From positions 62,627 to 126,626 of the forward strand of contig BTVV01000004.1 in assembly GCA_045863855.1 (NCBI GenBank): a stretch of DNA of 64,000 nucleotides, written 5' to 3'. The notes below the pieces were generated by a model. The model was not told where the DNA came from. It saw only the letters and a program-made list of their open reading frames with translations, and made no database searches. This stretch comes from Planctomycetota bacterium. GTDB taxonomy: Bacteria > Planctomycetota > SZUA-567 > H5-PLA8. Made by a program: the position numbers and the translations under genes. Below, piece after piece: positions 19,670 to 28,199 of this stretch (its first letter is position 1; every line of letters begins with the position of its first letter).

Positions 19670-21453
19670 TCGCCTCCGCGTCCGCTTACCGCGCTCCCGA
19701 GTTCGAAACGCTCATGGCGCGCTTCTTCGACGGCGTGCTCACCGAGGCGGAAGACCGCGCGTTTTCGGAACTGTTGGCGGCCAGCCCAGAGCGCGCGAAG
19801 CGTTTTCTGGAGCAAGTGCGCATGGAACGCGCACTGGGCGGCGCCGTGGAAAGCCGAATCGAAAGCGACGCGTTCGTGGCTGCGGTCATGCGCGGCGTAA
19901 AATTGGCGCAAGACGGTTCCGATACGGAGCGTTTCGCGCGCATCGTCGCGAAGCAGGCGCGAGGCGTTTCCCAGCGCCGGATGGCGTCGCGGCGTTCGCG
20001 AGCCAGCCTTCGCGCGCGGCGCGCCGAAGCGGCTCCGGGAGCGGCCTTGTGGCTGCCGGTGCTGGGAGCTGCCGCTCTAGTGAGCTTAGTGATCCTGCTA
20101 GGTGGCTCACCGGAAAGCGACCGCTCTCGTACGGGAGTAGCAAAGGCCCCGGGAACCGCTGAATCCCCTGACCGCTTCCGTCCCTCCCGGTACGATTACG
20201 CAATACCAGTCCCCGATTCCGAACCTTCGCTGCCCAGCGAGTTCGAGTCCCCGACAGAACAACCCGCCCCCCCATTCGAGCCGGATGCGCTCGTCCAGAC
20301 GGACACGGAACCCGGTGAGCCGGTTGAGGCCGAATCGAAGCCCGCTCTCGTGGACCGCCCTGATGCGCCTGAGGCGATTCCTGTACGCGAACCAGGCCGC
20401 CTGATGGCCCGCGTCCAGCGCTTGGTCGGCGTCCGGGCGAAGTTACGCGCCGCGGATGGCGAGCGCGATCTCGTTGAGCGACAAGCGTTGTCCTCGGGCG
20501 AAACCCTCATCCTGAAATTGGATGCCGGCGCGACACCCGCCGATGGGCAATCCGGCGCGGAACTCGCGCTCGAAGACGGTACGACAATCTGGTTGAATCC
20601 CGATTCGGCGCTGCGTTTCGACGCGCAAGGCGTCGCAGTGCTGGAGGCGGGCTCGCTGGCCTTCCGTGTGGCCGGTCCGGCACAGGCGGAGGCCTGGAAG
20701 CTGCGGGTCGATTCAGGCCCGCAAGTCGCGGCGAAGAGTGCCGCGGCTCGTGTTCGGCGCGACGCAGCCAATCGGCGTGTGGTTGTGTTGGTAGACGAAG
20801 GCCGCGCGGAAATTTCGAACTTGGGCGCAAGGGAAGTGGTCGTCGCCAACCACGGCTGCGTCTCGCCTTTCCAATCCACGCCCGGCAGCCCGTATCTCTT
20901 CCAAACCTTGAAAGGCAGCGGAATCGTTACGCAGCCGCCTCCCAGTGCCATGGAATCCGGCGGAGGCGCCCGAGAAAGCTCTACCGGCGAAACCGCGGGT
21001 GCGGTTCCGGCGCCAGAAAGCTCGGGAACGGGTTCTGAGGGCAGCGGTGCAGGCACAGGTCCGAACCCGGGCAAGACCAGCGGGAACGGCGCCGGCGCCG
21101 GAAAGACCGGGGGTAGCGGCAACACCAATCCCCCGGGCGCAGGCAACGGCAGCGGTTCAGGTGCGAGCAAAACGGGCGGCTCAGGAAACGGTACTCCTCC
21201 CGGTGCAGGCGGCAGCGGAGCGGGCAGCGGTACGGGCGCCGGATCCGGAAACGGTTCCGGACGCGGGCCAAGTGGCGGAACGCCCCCGGGCGCGGGAAGC
21301 GGCCGCACGGGCGCCGGTTCCGGAACTGGCGGAACGGGACGCGGCAGCGGCGCAGGCTCGGGCGGCGGCGGATCGGGCAGCGGTCGCGGCTCTGGCAGCC
21401 CGCCTCCCAAGAGCGGCGGACCTAAAGCGGGCAAAGGCGGCGGCATTAAATAA
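19666..21453 (+). CDS. FecR-like anti-sigma factor with Gly/Ser-rich C-terminal tail
   Basis: ATGA coupling to the ECF gene; N-terminal anti-sigma helices, a TM segment, FecR-like LEDGTTIWLNPDSAL...LEAGSL...VLVDEGRAEI; low-complexity tail. Confidence 0.82.
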   Translation: MIASASAYRAPEFETLMARFFDGVLTEAEDRAFSELLAASPERAKRFLEQVRMERALGGAVESRIESDAFVAAVMRGVKLAQDGSDTERFARIVAKQARGVSQRRMASRRSRASLRARRAEAAPGAALWLPVLGAAALVSLVILLGGSPESDRSRTGVAKAPGTAESPDRFRPSRYDYAIPVPDSEPSLPSEFESPTEQPAPPFEPDALVQTDTEPGEPVEAESKPALVDRPDAPEAIPVREPGRLMARVQRLVGVRAKLRAADGERDLVERQALSSGETLILKLDAGATPADGQSGAELALEDGTTIWLNPDSALRFDAQGVAVLEAGSLAFRVAGPAQAEAWKLRVDSGPQVAAKSAAARVRRDAANRRVVVLVDEGRAEISNLGAREVVVANHGCVSPFQSTPGSPYLFQTLKGSGIVTQPPPSAMESGGGARESSTGETAGAVPAPESSGTGSEGSGAGTGPNPGKTSGNGAGAGKTGGSGNTNPPGAGNGSGSGASKTGGSGNGTPPGAGGSGAGSGTGAGSGNGSGRGPSGGTPPGAGSGRTGAGSGTGGTGRGSGAGSGGGGSGSGRGSGSPPPKSGGPKAGKGGGIK

Positions 21454-21480
21454 AAACAGCCACCCGCTGAGGTGGCTGTC
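21451..21480 (-). terminator. Rho-independent terminator (for tRNA-Asp; possibly bidirectional)
   Basis: Minus strand reads ACAGCCACC-TCAGCG-GGTGGCTGT followed by TTTTATTT. Confidence 0.75.
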
Positions 21481-21542
21481 ATGCCTGCGTATCGAATCCT
21501 ACCGGCCCATCTATCCGACTCGGTTGCAGGGTCCCACAAATT

Positions 21543-21619
21543 TGGCGGGCCCGACGGGACTCGAACCCGCAACCCTCGGATCGACAGTCCGATACTCTAA
21601 CCAATTGAGCTACGGGCCC
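21543..21619 (-). tRNA. tRNA-Asp(GTC)
   Basis: Reverse complement GGGCCCGTAGCTCAATTGGTTAGAGTATCGGACTGTCGATCCGAGGGTTGCGGGTTCGAGTCCCGTCGGGCCCGCCA; cloverleaf, anticodon GTC, encoded CCA. Confidence 0.97.
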
Positions 21620-21829
21620 GCTTGTTTGCCGTGCTCATCCTGGACCAGCTGCTCTAGGCGGCCCTTCCAGGGAGCGCTTTTCTACAGCAAGGCCGCAGGC
21701 TTGCAAGTGCCGGTTCGAGACTGAAAATGCGGCTTGCCGCGTATGCGGCCAGAGGCCCGGCCGACCTGCGATAACTCAATGCCGGCCACCGGCTTGACCG
21801 CCTGCGGCGGGGACGTACCATGAAGCGGC

Positions 21830-22132
21830 ATGGAGGCTGATCGAGAAGGAGCGGCCGTGGCGAAGACGGTGGATTGGCCGGCCCCAGGTGCAGCGCCTGC
21901 CAGGAGCAGCGGCTGCGTCAAGGCCGGCGAATTGGCGCGCCGGACGGGTCTGACCCGCCAGGCGTTGCACCTGTACGTCCAAATGGGCCTCTTGCGTCCC
22001 TCGGAACTCACCAAAGGCGGGCAGCGCCTCTTCGGCGAAGAAGCCGTCGCGCGCGTCCAGTTGATCCGGAAGCTCTGCGCGAGCGGGTACACGCTGCGGG
22101 ACATCCGCGAGATTTTCCTGAAGGATCGCTGA
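21830..22132 (+). CDS. MerR-family HTH regulator (short)
   Basis: KAGELARRTGLTRQALHLYVQMGLL...GGQRLF...GYTLRDIREI. Alternative start GTG 21857 has an AAGGAG SD. Candidate promoter TTGACC-N16-TACCAT at 21794-21821. Confidence 0.88.
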   Translation: MEADREGAAVAKTVDWPAPGAAPARSSGCVKAGELARRTGLTRQALHLYVQMGLLRPSELTKGGQRLFGEEAVARVQLIRKLCASGYTLRDIREIFLKDR

Positions 22133-22134
22133 AC

Positions 22135-22854
22135 GTGAGGCGCGCCCAATTCCCGGTCCGCCGCGGGCTGGCCGCATGGGCGAGCCTGCTGCTGACCGCG
22201 GCGCTGAGCGCGCAGGAAAGCCCGGAACGCCTGCCCAGCCTTACGGCCACCGAGCGCGGCGACTTGCAGCAATGCCTGGCCGCGCTGGCCGAAGCCTTCC
22301 AGGCAGGCAACGCGGAGGCGGCGCTGAAGACGTTCGCGCCTCGGCACGACACGGATTTGGAACGCCAGGAGCGCATCCGCAAAACCTTGGAGCGCGAGTT
22401 CGCGGCGTGCCGCTATTTGAGTCTCGAATTTCTGGATCAACCCGTGGTGGAAGATTGCCCGAACGAAGCGACCTGGATCGTCTGGGTGCGCATGCGGATC
22501 GGCTACGAAGACCGGAACACAAAGTTGACGCACACGTACCACCACAACGACACCTTCATCGTCACGCGCCTGGAAGACGGGCGCTTCCGGCTGGCCGATT
22601 CGCCCTGGTTCGACACGCTCGGCAAGCGGCAGCGCCTGGGGCTCCTGGGCGATGTGGCGCTTTTGGCGATCGGGATGCTGGCGGCGCTCGCTTTTTGGGT
22701 CTGGATGGGCTTCGAGGCGCATTGGCTGCGCCCGCGCAGCCATGCCTGGCGCCTGATTGTCGTCCTGCTGCCGCTGCTGGGTGCGATCGCGTTCTTCGCG
22801 GCAAAGTACGTGCCCGAATGGCAGCGCCGCAGACAATTGGGCATCGCAACGTAG
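22135..22854 (+). CDS. Exported NTF2/SnoaL-like domain protein with two C-terminal TM helices
   Basis: GTG start just after the MerR stop; signal peptide; LAEAFQAGNAEAALKTFA (NTF2-like start); C-terminal TM pair ending LLPLLGAIAFF. Confidence 0.6.
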   Translation: MRRAQFPVRRGLAAWASLLLTAALSAQESPERLPSLTATERGDLQQCLAALAEAFQAGNAEAALKTFAPRHDTDLERQERIRKTLEREFAACRYLSLEFLDQPVVEDCPNEATWIVWVRMRIGYEDRNTKLTHTYHHNDTFIVTRLEDGRFRLADSPWFDTLGKRQRLGLLGDVALLAIGMLAALAFWVWMGFEAHWLRPRSHAWRLIVVLLPLLGAIAFFAAKYVPEWQRRRQLGIAT

Positions 22855-22864
22855 AGGGTACGCC

Positions 22865-23779
22865 ATGGGCCGCCGGGAGGAGTTTCGCGAAGCGATGGCC
22901 GTCGGGCGCATCCTGCTGGCCGACGGCGCGTGGGGCACCGAACTCCAGAAGCTCGGACTCGACACCGGCGATTGCCCCGAAGCCTGGAACGTCGACCGGC
23001 CGGACGAGATCCGCAAGCTCACGCGCGCTTACGCCGAAGCCGGCGCCGACCTGCTCATGACCAACACCTTCGGCGGAAACCGCTTCCGCTTGCGCGCGCT
23101 CGAACACCACGGCAAGGTTGAGGCGTACAATCGCGCCGGAGCGGCGATCGCGCGCGAAGTCGCCGACGCGCACGGAAAGTGGGTCGCGGCAAGCGTCGGG
23201 CCCACGGGCGAGTTGATCGAACCGCGCGGACTGGCCAGCCGCCGTCAGATGTACGAGGCCTTTCGCGAGCAGCTCGAAGCGCTGAAAGCCGGCGGCGTCG
23301 ATGCGGTCATGGTCGAGACGATGTCCGACCCCGATGAGATGCGCGTGGCGGCACAGGCGGCGAAGGATCTCGAACTCTACTGCTTCGCCACGATGACCTT
23401 CAATCCCGGGCCGGACGGTTACCGGACGTACACGGGCGTGACCGTCGCCGAGGCCGCTCAGGCGCTGAACGAAAGCGCCGCCGACGCCGCGGGCACCAAC
23501 TGCGGCACAGGTCTGGCCGACATGCTTCATGTGGTCCGGCAAATGCGGCCGCTGACCCACAAGCCGCTGCTGGTGCAAGCCAACGCCGGACTGCCGCAGA
23601 CCGTGAACGGGAAACTGGTCTACGGCGATACGCCCGCGCATATGGCGGCGCTTTTGCCCGACCTGATCGCGGCCGGCGCGCAGGTCGTCGGCGGCTGCTG
23701 CGGCACGACGCCCGAACACGTCAAAGCCTTCCGCGCCGTGGCGGATGCCCTGAACGCCAAGCGCGGTCCCGCCGCATGA
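22865..23779 (+). CDS. Homocysteine S-methyltransferase family protein (stand-alone MetH Hcy-binding domain)
   Basis: LADGAWGTEL, AGADLLMTNTFG, ASVGPTG, VETMSD, GTNC, ANAGLP and Zn-binding GGCCGTTPEHV. Confidence 0.92.
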   Translation: MGRREEFREAMAVGRILLADGAWGTELQKLGLDTGDCPEAWNVDRPDEIRKLTRAYAEAGADLLMTNTFGGNRFRLRALEHHGKVEAYNRAGAAIAREVADAHGKWVAASVGPTGELIEPRGLASRRQMYEAFREQLEALKAGGVDAVMVETMSDPDEMRVAAQAAKDLELYCFATMTFNPGPDGYRTYTGVTVAEAAQALNESAADAAGTNCGTGLADMLHVVRQMRPLTHKPLLVQANAGLPQTVNGKLVYGDTPAHMAALLPDLIAAGAQVVGGCCGTTPEHVKAFRAVADALNAKRGPAA

Positions 23780-25047
23780 GCGCCCCGCGCAGCCACGCCA
23801 CGCTCGCCATTGTCAGCATGCTGCACGGTGCCACTCACCTGCATTGGGTGCTTCTGCAGCCGCTCAATCCCGAGATCATGACTTACTTCGGGCTTACGCA
23901 GGATAAGCAGATCGGGCTCCTGCACACCGTCTTCCTCATCCTGTACGCGGCCAGCAATCTGGTCGCGGGCATCCTCGCTTCCCGCTTTGCCCCGCGCGGG
24001 ATGCTGGCCGGCGGCCCGCTCTTGCAAGGCGCGTGCATGGCGGCGATGTCGCTGCTCGGCCCCGGCGATTTCGGCTGGCTCATCGCGCTGCACGGACTCG
24101 GCGCCGCGGCGGGCGGCTTGTATCACCCGCTGGCGAACTTGTTGCTAACGACCACGTATCCGCACGAAAAAGGCCAGGCGCTCGGCATCGCGGGCATCGG
24201 CGCTTCGGTCGCGTTCGTGGCGGCTCCTTGGAGCGCCTCCGCGCTGGTTCACCACGCCGGCTGGCATTGGCAGCAAGTCGCCTTCGCTTCCGGCTGCGTG
24301 GGGATGCTCTGCGGCGCCATCGCGTGGATCGGACTTCCGGCGCGTTCCTGCGACCACGAGGAAGGCCTGGTCCCGCTGCGGCCGCTCGATGCCGCGGGAG
24401 CCAGCATGCGCCCGTTGTGGCTCTTCGTCGCGCTGGTGGTGGTCGTGATGGCCGGACGCGAGATGGGCAGTTGGGGCACCACGGCCAGCACGCGGCAGTT
24501 CCTCGACAAGACCTTCGGCGCGCAAGCGCCCGATGCCGGCTTGCTGCTGGCGTTGCTTTTCCTGCCCGGACTGATCATCCAGCCGGTGGTGGGCAAATTG
24601 AGCGACCGGATGCACCGCGAACTGGTCCTGGGCGTCACCATGCTGGTCATGGCCGGCGCGCTGGTGCTGATGTCGCGCGTACCTCCGGGCTGGCTGTGGC
24701 TGCCTTACATGCTCTTGGGCGCGGCGATGCAGGCCAACGTGCCGACGCTGGAAGCACTGGTGGCCGACCGTGCGCCGCTGCGGCTGCGCGGGCTGGTCTT
24801 CGGCGTGATGATCACCAGCGGCATCGCGATCGGATCGGGCGGCCCGATCCTGGCTGGCGCACTGGCCGATGCCGGCGGGCGCCGGCCCGAAGCGTACGCG
24901 CAAGTCTTCGGTCTATTGGCGGCCCTTTGCGCCGCCTCGGCCGTGATGTGCGCGGCGCTGCGCCCGGCCGCACGGGCGTTGGGACTCCTATCCGTTCCAC
25001 CGCCTCCAGAAGCCGTGCCTGCGGTGCGCGGCGGCGCCGGGGATTAA
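23776..25047 (+). CDS. MFS transporter
   Basis: About 12 hydrophobic segments; GILASRF, GKLSDRM and YHP motifs; ATGA coupling to the upstream gene. Confidence 0.9.
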   Translation: MSAPRSHATLAIVSMLHGATHLHWVLLQPLNPEIMTYFGLTQDKQIGLLHTVFLILYAASNLVAGILASRFAPRGMLAGGPLLQGACMAAMSLLGPGDFGWLIALHGLGAAAGGLYHPLANLLLTTTYPHEKGQALGIAGIGASVAFVAAPWSASALVHHAGWHWQQVAFASGCVGMLCGAIAWIGLPARSCDHEEGLVPLRPLDAAGASMRPLWLFVALVVVVMAGREMGSWGTTASTRQFLDKTFGAQAPDAGLLLALLFLPGLIIQPVVGKLSDRMHRELVLGVTMLVMAGALVLMSRVPPGWLWLPYMLLGAAMQANVPTLEALVADRAPLRLRGLVFGVMITSGIAIGSGGPILAGALADAGGRRPEAYAQVFGLLAALCAASAVMCAALRPAARALGLLSVPPPPEAVPAVRGGAGD

Positions 25048-25064
25048 AGCACTCGAGGACCGGG

Positions 25065-25331
25065 ATGGGTTATACACTCGGTATCTGGACGCAAGCCGGA
25101 GATCCCGAACTCACGGTGATCGCGCAAGCGATGCCCGCCGCGGTCTTCGGCCTGCGTGCGCCGGTGGCGACGCTGGAGCACCTGCAGTTGCTGTATCTGT
25201 ATTCGACTCAACCTCGACATTGGGGCGATTTCGCCTCGGTCGTGCAATCCGGCCGAGCCGAACTTTAGGCGGCTGAACGACTCCTGCGCGGCATGCACGC
25301 CGAATGCTGGGGCGCTGGCGCAAGCGGGTGA
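25065..25331 (+). pseudogene. Possible remnant of a nucleotidyltransferase-like small protein (TAG at 25266-25268)
   Basis: GAGGA SD + ATG 25065; PVATLEHLQLLYLYSTQPRHWGDF resembles the C-terminal helix of small nucleotidyltransferases; frame continues AAERLL after the TAG. Confidence 0.3.
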
Positions 25332-25437
25332 AGGAAACTCAATCGCCGCCGCCGGCCCCCGCACGCCCTAAACCCCGTGCGCGCCGTCGCCCCTGATCTT
25401 GCCGCGTTTCGCGGAAAGCGATACACCCCTCGTTACC

Positions 25438-25971
25438 ATGGCACGCATGAACGCCGCCAAGACCCCGCCGCCCGAGCCCGCGCCTTCGGGGCGCTTCACC
25501 GTCTATTTCGCCGCGCCGCTTTTCACGCTGCTCGAACGCCGTGCCAACCGCGCGCTCGCGAAGGCCATCATGCGCGAATGCCCCCAAGCGAAGATCGTGC
25601 TGCCCCAGGACTTCAAACACGAAGGCAAGTTCAATGACGCGCAGGCCTACGGGATCATTTTCCGCGACTGCGTAGGCGGGATCGACGCAGCAGACGCGAT
25701 GATCGCGTGGCTCGACGGCCCCGACGCCGACAGCGGGACGGCCTTCGAGGTCGGCTACGCGTTCGCCAAAAGCATCCCGGTCGTAGGAGTGCGCACCGAT
25801 TTCCGGCAGAACCAGGAACTGGGCCTGAACATCATGCTCTCCCGGGCCTGCGCGGCCTTCGTGTACCGGCCCAGCTTCGCGGAAGATGTGGAAGGCTTGG
25901 CGCGGGATATCGCCCGGGCGCTCAAGAAAGTCGTCCGGCCACGCGCGCCCGAAAAGAAAGGCAACGCATGA
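25438..25971 (+). CDS. Nucleoside 2-deoxyribosyltransferase / DNPH1-like N-glycosidase
   Basis: VYFAAPLF, LPQD, IDAADAMIAWLDG, DSGTAFEVGYA (catalytic Glu), RTDFR, LNIML. Confidence 0.9.
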   Translation: MARMNAAKTPPPEPAPSGRFTVYFAAPLFTLLERRANRALAKAIMRECPQAKIVLPQDFKHEGKFNDAQAYGIIFRDCVGGIDAADAMIAWLDGPDADSGTAFEVGYAFAKSIPVVGVRTDFRQNQELGLNIMLSRACAAFVYRPSFAEDVEGLARDIARALKKVVRPRAPEKKGNA

Positions 25972-26369
25972 GCACCAAAAAGATTTACCTCTGCGGCCCG
26001 ATCATGGACGCCGCGAACAAAGAGCAGAAGGACTGGCGCACGCGCAGCAAAGAACGGCTCGCCGGGCGCTTTATCCTGCTCGACCCGATGCGCCGGAACT
26101 TCCGCGACAACGAACTCGACAGCGCCAACGAGATCGTCGAATTCGATCTCGCCGACGTGCGCGAAGCGGACATCATTCTGGTCAACTACAGCAAGGCCAG
26201 CGTCGGAACCTCGATGGAAGTCTTTTACGCTAGCCACGATCTGGGCAAGTTCGTGATCGGCTTCTCGCCGTTCGACTTCAAGGACTGCTCGCCGTGGATG
26301 GCTCGCTTCTGCACGAAAATCCTGCCGAACTTGGAAGGGGCGCTGGAGTATATCGAGCGGCATTTCTAG
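25968..26369 (+). CDS. Second nucleoside 2-deoxyribosyltransferase-like protein
   Basis: ATGA coupling; KIYLCGPI, DWR, LDPMRR, DLADVREADIILV, SVGTSMEVFYA. Confidence 0.82.
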   Translation: MSTKKIYLCGPIMDAANKEQKDWRTRSKERLAGRFILLDPMRRNFRDNELDSANEIVEFDLADVREADIILVNYSKASVGTSMEVFYASHDLGKFVIGFSPFDFKDCSPWMARFCTKILPNLEGALEYIERHF

Positions 26370-26374
26370 GGCTT

Positions 26375-26405
26375 TTCACCACGGAGAGCACAGAGACTGC
26401 AGAGA
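26375..26405. repeat. Left arm of 31-bp imperfect inverted repeat
   Basis: TTCACCACGGAGAGCACAGAGACTGCAGAGA; 23/31 identical to the reverse complement of 26983-27013. Confidence 0.8.
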
Positions 26406-26427
26406 ACGGCGCATGCTTGGGAACGGC

Positions 26428-26967
26428 TCAGGCGCCGTAGCGCGCGATGCGAAAGGGCCAGTATTGTTCTTCGGCAATCGCTACGACTTCGGCAAAAATT
26501 GGATCTTTAATTAGCTTAGCTACCTGGCAAACTTCGACATCTTTTGTGTAGCCGGACTCCTCAAGAATGTTTAGGTGGCTGTAAAATTGTTCGCAGTTCC
26601 AGGACGAACAGGAGGAGTCTGTAACTTGGCCTGCTTCTTTTAAAAACTGAGCCCACGACCACTCGCCCCTTTTGTATCTCAGAAACTGGCAACCGACGTG
26701 AAAGTTATGATACTTCTGAAATCCAGTGTTCAAATCGGTATTGGAAATTAAGTAGCCTTGCACTGTGTTCACCAAGTCATCTTGATGCGTACGGCTTGCC
26801 AAATCACAGATCCACGCCGGTGGAGCCTCCACCGTCGCGATCAGCGCGTCGGCCCAGGGTTCGGTGAAGCGATAATCAATCAGCCTGGATTCCAGCATCT
26901 TAAGGATGTAACAGACTTCCTCATCGCTGGGCCAACGGGGAATATGCATAGGGCGAACCTTACTCAC
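26428..26967 (-). CDS. Low-GC hypothetical protein (possible immunity-type orphan) between inverted repeats
   Basis: 179-aa ORF with visibly AT-richer codons than its neighbours; WADALI...PPAWICDL motif. Alternative ATG at 26949. Confidence 0.7.
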   Translation of the reverse strand: MSKVRPMHIPRWPSDEEVCYILKMLESRLIDYRFTEPWADALIATVEAPPAWICDLASRTHQDDLVNTVQGYLISNTDLNTGFQKYHNFHVGCQFLRYKRGEWSWAQFLKEAGQVTDSSCSSWNCEQFYSHLNILEESGYTKDVEVCQVAKLIKDPIFAEVVAIAEEQYWPFRIARYGA

Positions 26968-26982
26968 CCAAGAATCTGCCTT

Positions 26983-27013
26983 TCTCGGTGCGCTCTGTGA
27001 CCTCCCTGGTGAA
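26983..27013. repeat. Right arm of 31-bp imperfect inverted repeat
   Basis: TCTCGGTGCGCTCTGTGACCTCCCTGGTGAA. Confidence 0.8.
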
Positions 27014-27018
27014 CAACC

Positions 27019-28020
27019 CTAACCCTTAACCGGCGTCACCCAGGTACCTTCCTTCGACGCACGGTAGCAGGCTTCCATGGCGGCGTTACGAGCGGCGGCT
27101 TCGCGAACGCCCACGAGCGACACGTCTTTCCCGTGCAGCGCATCCAGGTACAACTCGAACGCGTGCGGCCATGCCTCGGGGAGTTTCGTCCACGGCTCTT
27201 TCCCGTCCGCGCCCTCGACCTTGGTGCTCTTGAAAAAGAGCTGACCGTTGTGGATGTGCGCGTGGCCCTCCGTGCCGCTGATCAAAAGCGGAACGGGGTT
27301 GGCGTGATCGACCCAGCCGGCGGCGAGCGTCGCGACGAGGCCGCCGGGAAAGCGCAGCAGCGCTTCGCCGTATTCGTCGCAGTCGCCGTAGCGCCCGGTG
27401 GCGACTCCGATGTGTGCGGCGACCGACTCCGGTTCGCCCAAGAGCCACATCAACAGGTCAAGGCTGTGCGTGCCCAAGTCCCCGAACGCGCCGCAGCCGG
27501 CGATCTTCGGATCGGCCATCCAGCGCCATTCCGTATCGAACCAGCCGCCCAGCGAGCCGGTGTGGCAGTTGCTCCCCCGAGCGCGGGTGATCTTCCCAAA
27601 CGCGCCGGCTTTGAGTTGCTCGCGGATGAACAGATGCTGCGCGTGCCCGCGGTTGAAGTACCCGGTCTGAAAGATCACGCCCGCGTCTTCGATGGCCTTG
27701 GCCATCCGGAACGCATCGGCCGCCGCGAAGCCCAGGGGCTTTTCCACGAATAGGTGCTTCTTGGCCTTGGCCGCGGCCACGACCAATTCCTCGTGCCGGT
27801 TGGTCTCGCTGCAGACGACCACCCCGCGAATGTTCACGTCGGCAAGAATCGCGCTCAAATCGGCAACGACCGGAGCGTTCAGGTCCTTCGCGCGGCGCTG
27901 GGCGGTATCGGCGTTGGGATCCCAGACGGCCGCGACCTTCACGTCGGTCCGGGCGTTCAAGCGTTTCACGAAACCGGGCGTATGGATGTGCGTCCCGCCC
28001 ACGAGCGCTACCTGGATCAT
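27019..28020 (-). CDS. Gfo/Idh/MocA oxidoreductase
   Basis: Rossmann start VALVGGTHIH, HLFVEKP, GAFGDLGTHSLD. Confidence 0.93.
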   Translation of the reverse strand: MIQVALVGGTHIHTPGFVKRLNARTDVKVAAVWDPNADTAQRRAKDLNAPVVADLSAILADVNIRGVVVCSETNRHEELVVAAAKAKKHLFVEKPLGFAAADAFRMAKAIEDAGVIFQTGYFNRGHAQHLFIREQLKAGAFGKITRARGSNCHTGSLGGWFDTEWRWMADPKIAGCGAFGDLGTHSLDLLMWLLGEPESVAAHIGVATGRYGDCDEYGEALLRFPGGLVATLAAGWVDHANPVPLLISGTEGHAHIHNGQLFFKSTKVEGADGKEPWTKLPEAWPHAFELYLDALHGKDVSLVGVREAAARNAAMEACYRASKEGTWVTPVKG

Positions 28021-28199
28021 CTGATCGGCTCCTTAAGATGTAAATGGCTGGCGACGAAGCAAGCAGGCTAGCCGATGCATCCGGAGCGTCACGGACCTTT
28101 TGCGACCCGACTTGCGCGGATCGTCCGGAGCCTGACAATCGTCCTGAAGAAGGCCGCCGCGCCGAGCGTCGGTCTCACGTCCGAGGACCGCACGCAGCG

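Noticed and set aside
20940..21450. Repetitive DNA as possible CRISPR or VNTR
   Set aside because: Degenerate in-frame Gly/Ser codons with no repeat-spacer structure and no cas genes.
20196..21572. 458-aa Pro-rich minus-strand ORF
   Set aside because: Reverse complement of the Gly-rich anti-sigma tail, and it overlaps the tRNA.
21543..21619. tRNA-Asp as an integration site for the left-hand region
   Set aside because: No integrase or duplicated tRNA 3' end was seen.
25266..25268. TAG read-through as pyrrolysine
   Set aside because: No pyl context or recognisable family; a decayed gene is the simpler explanation.
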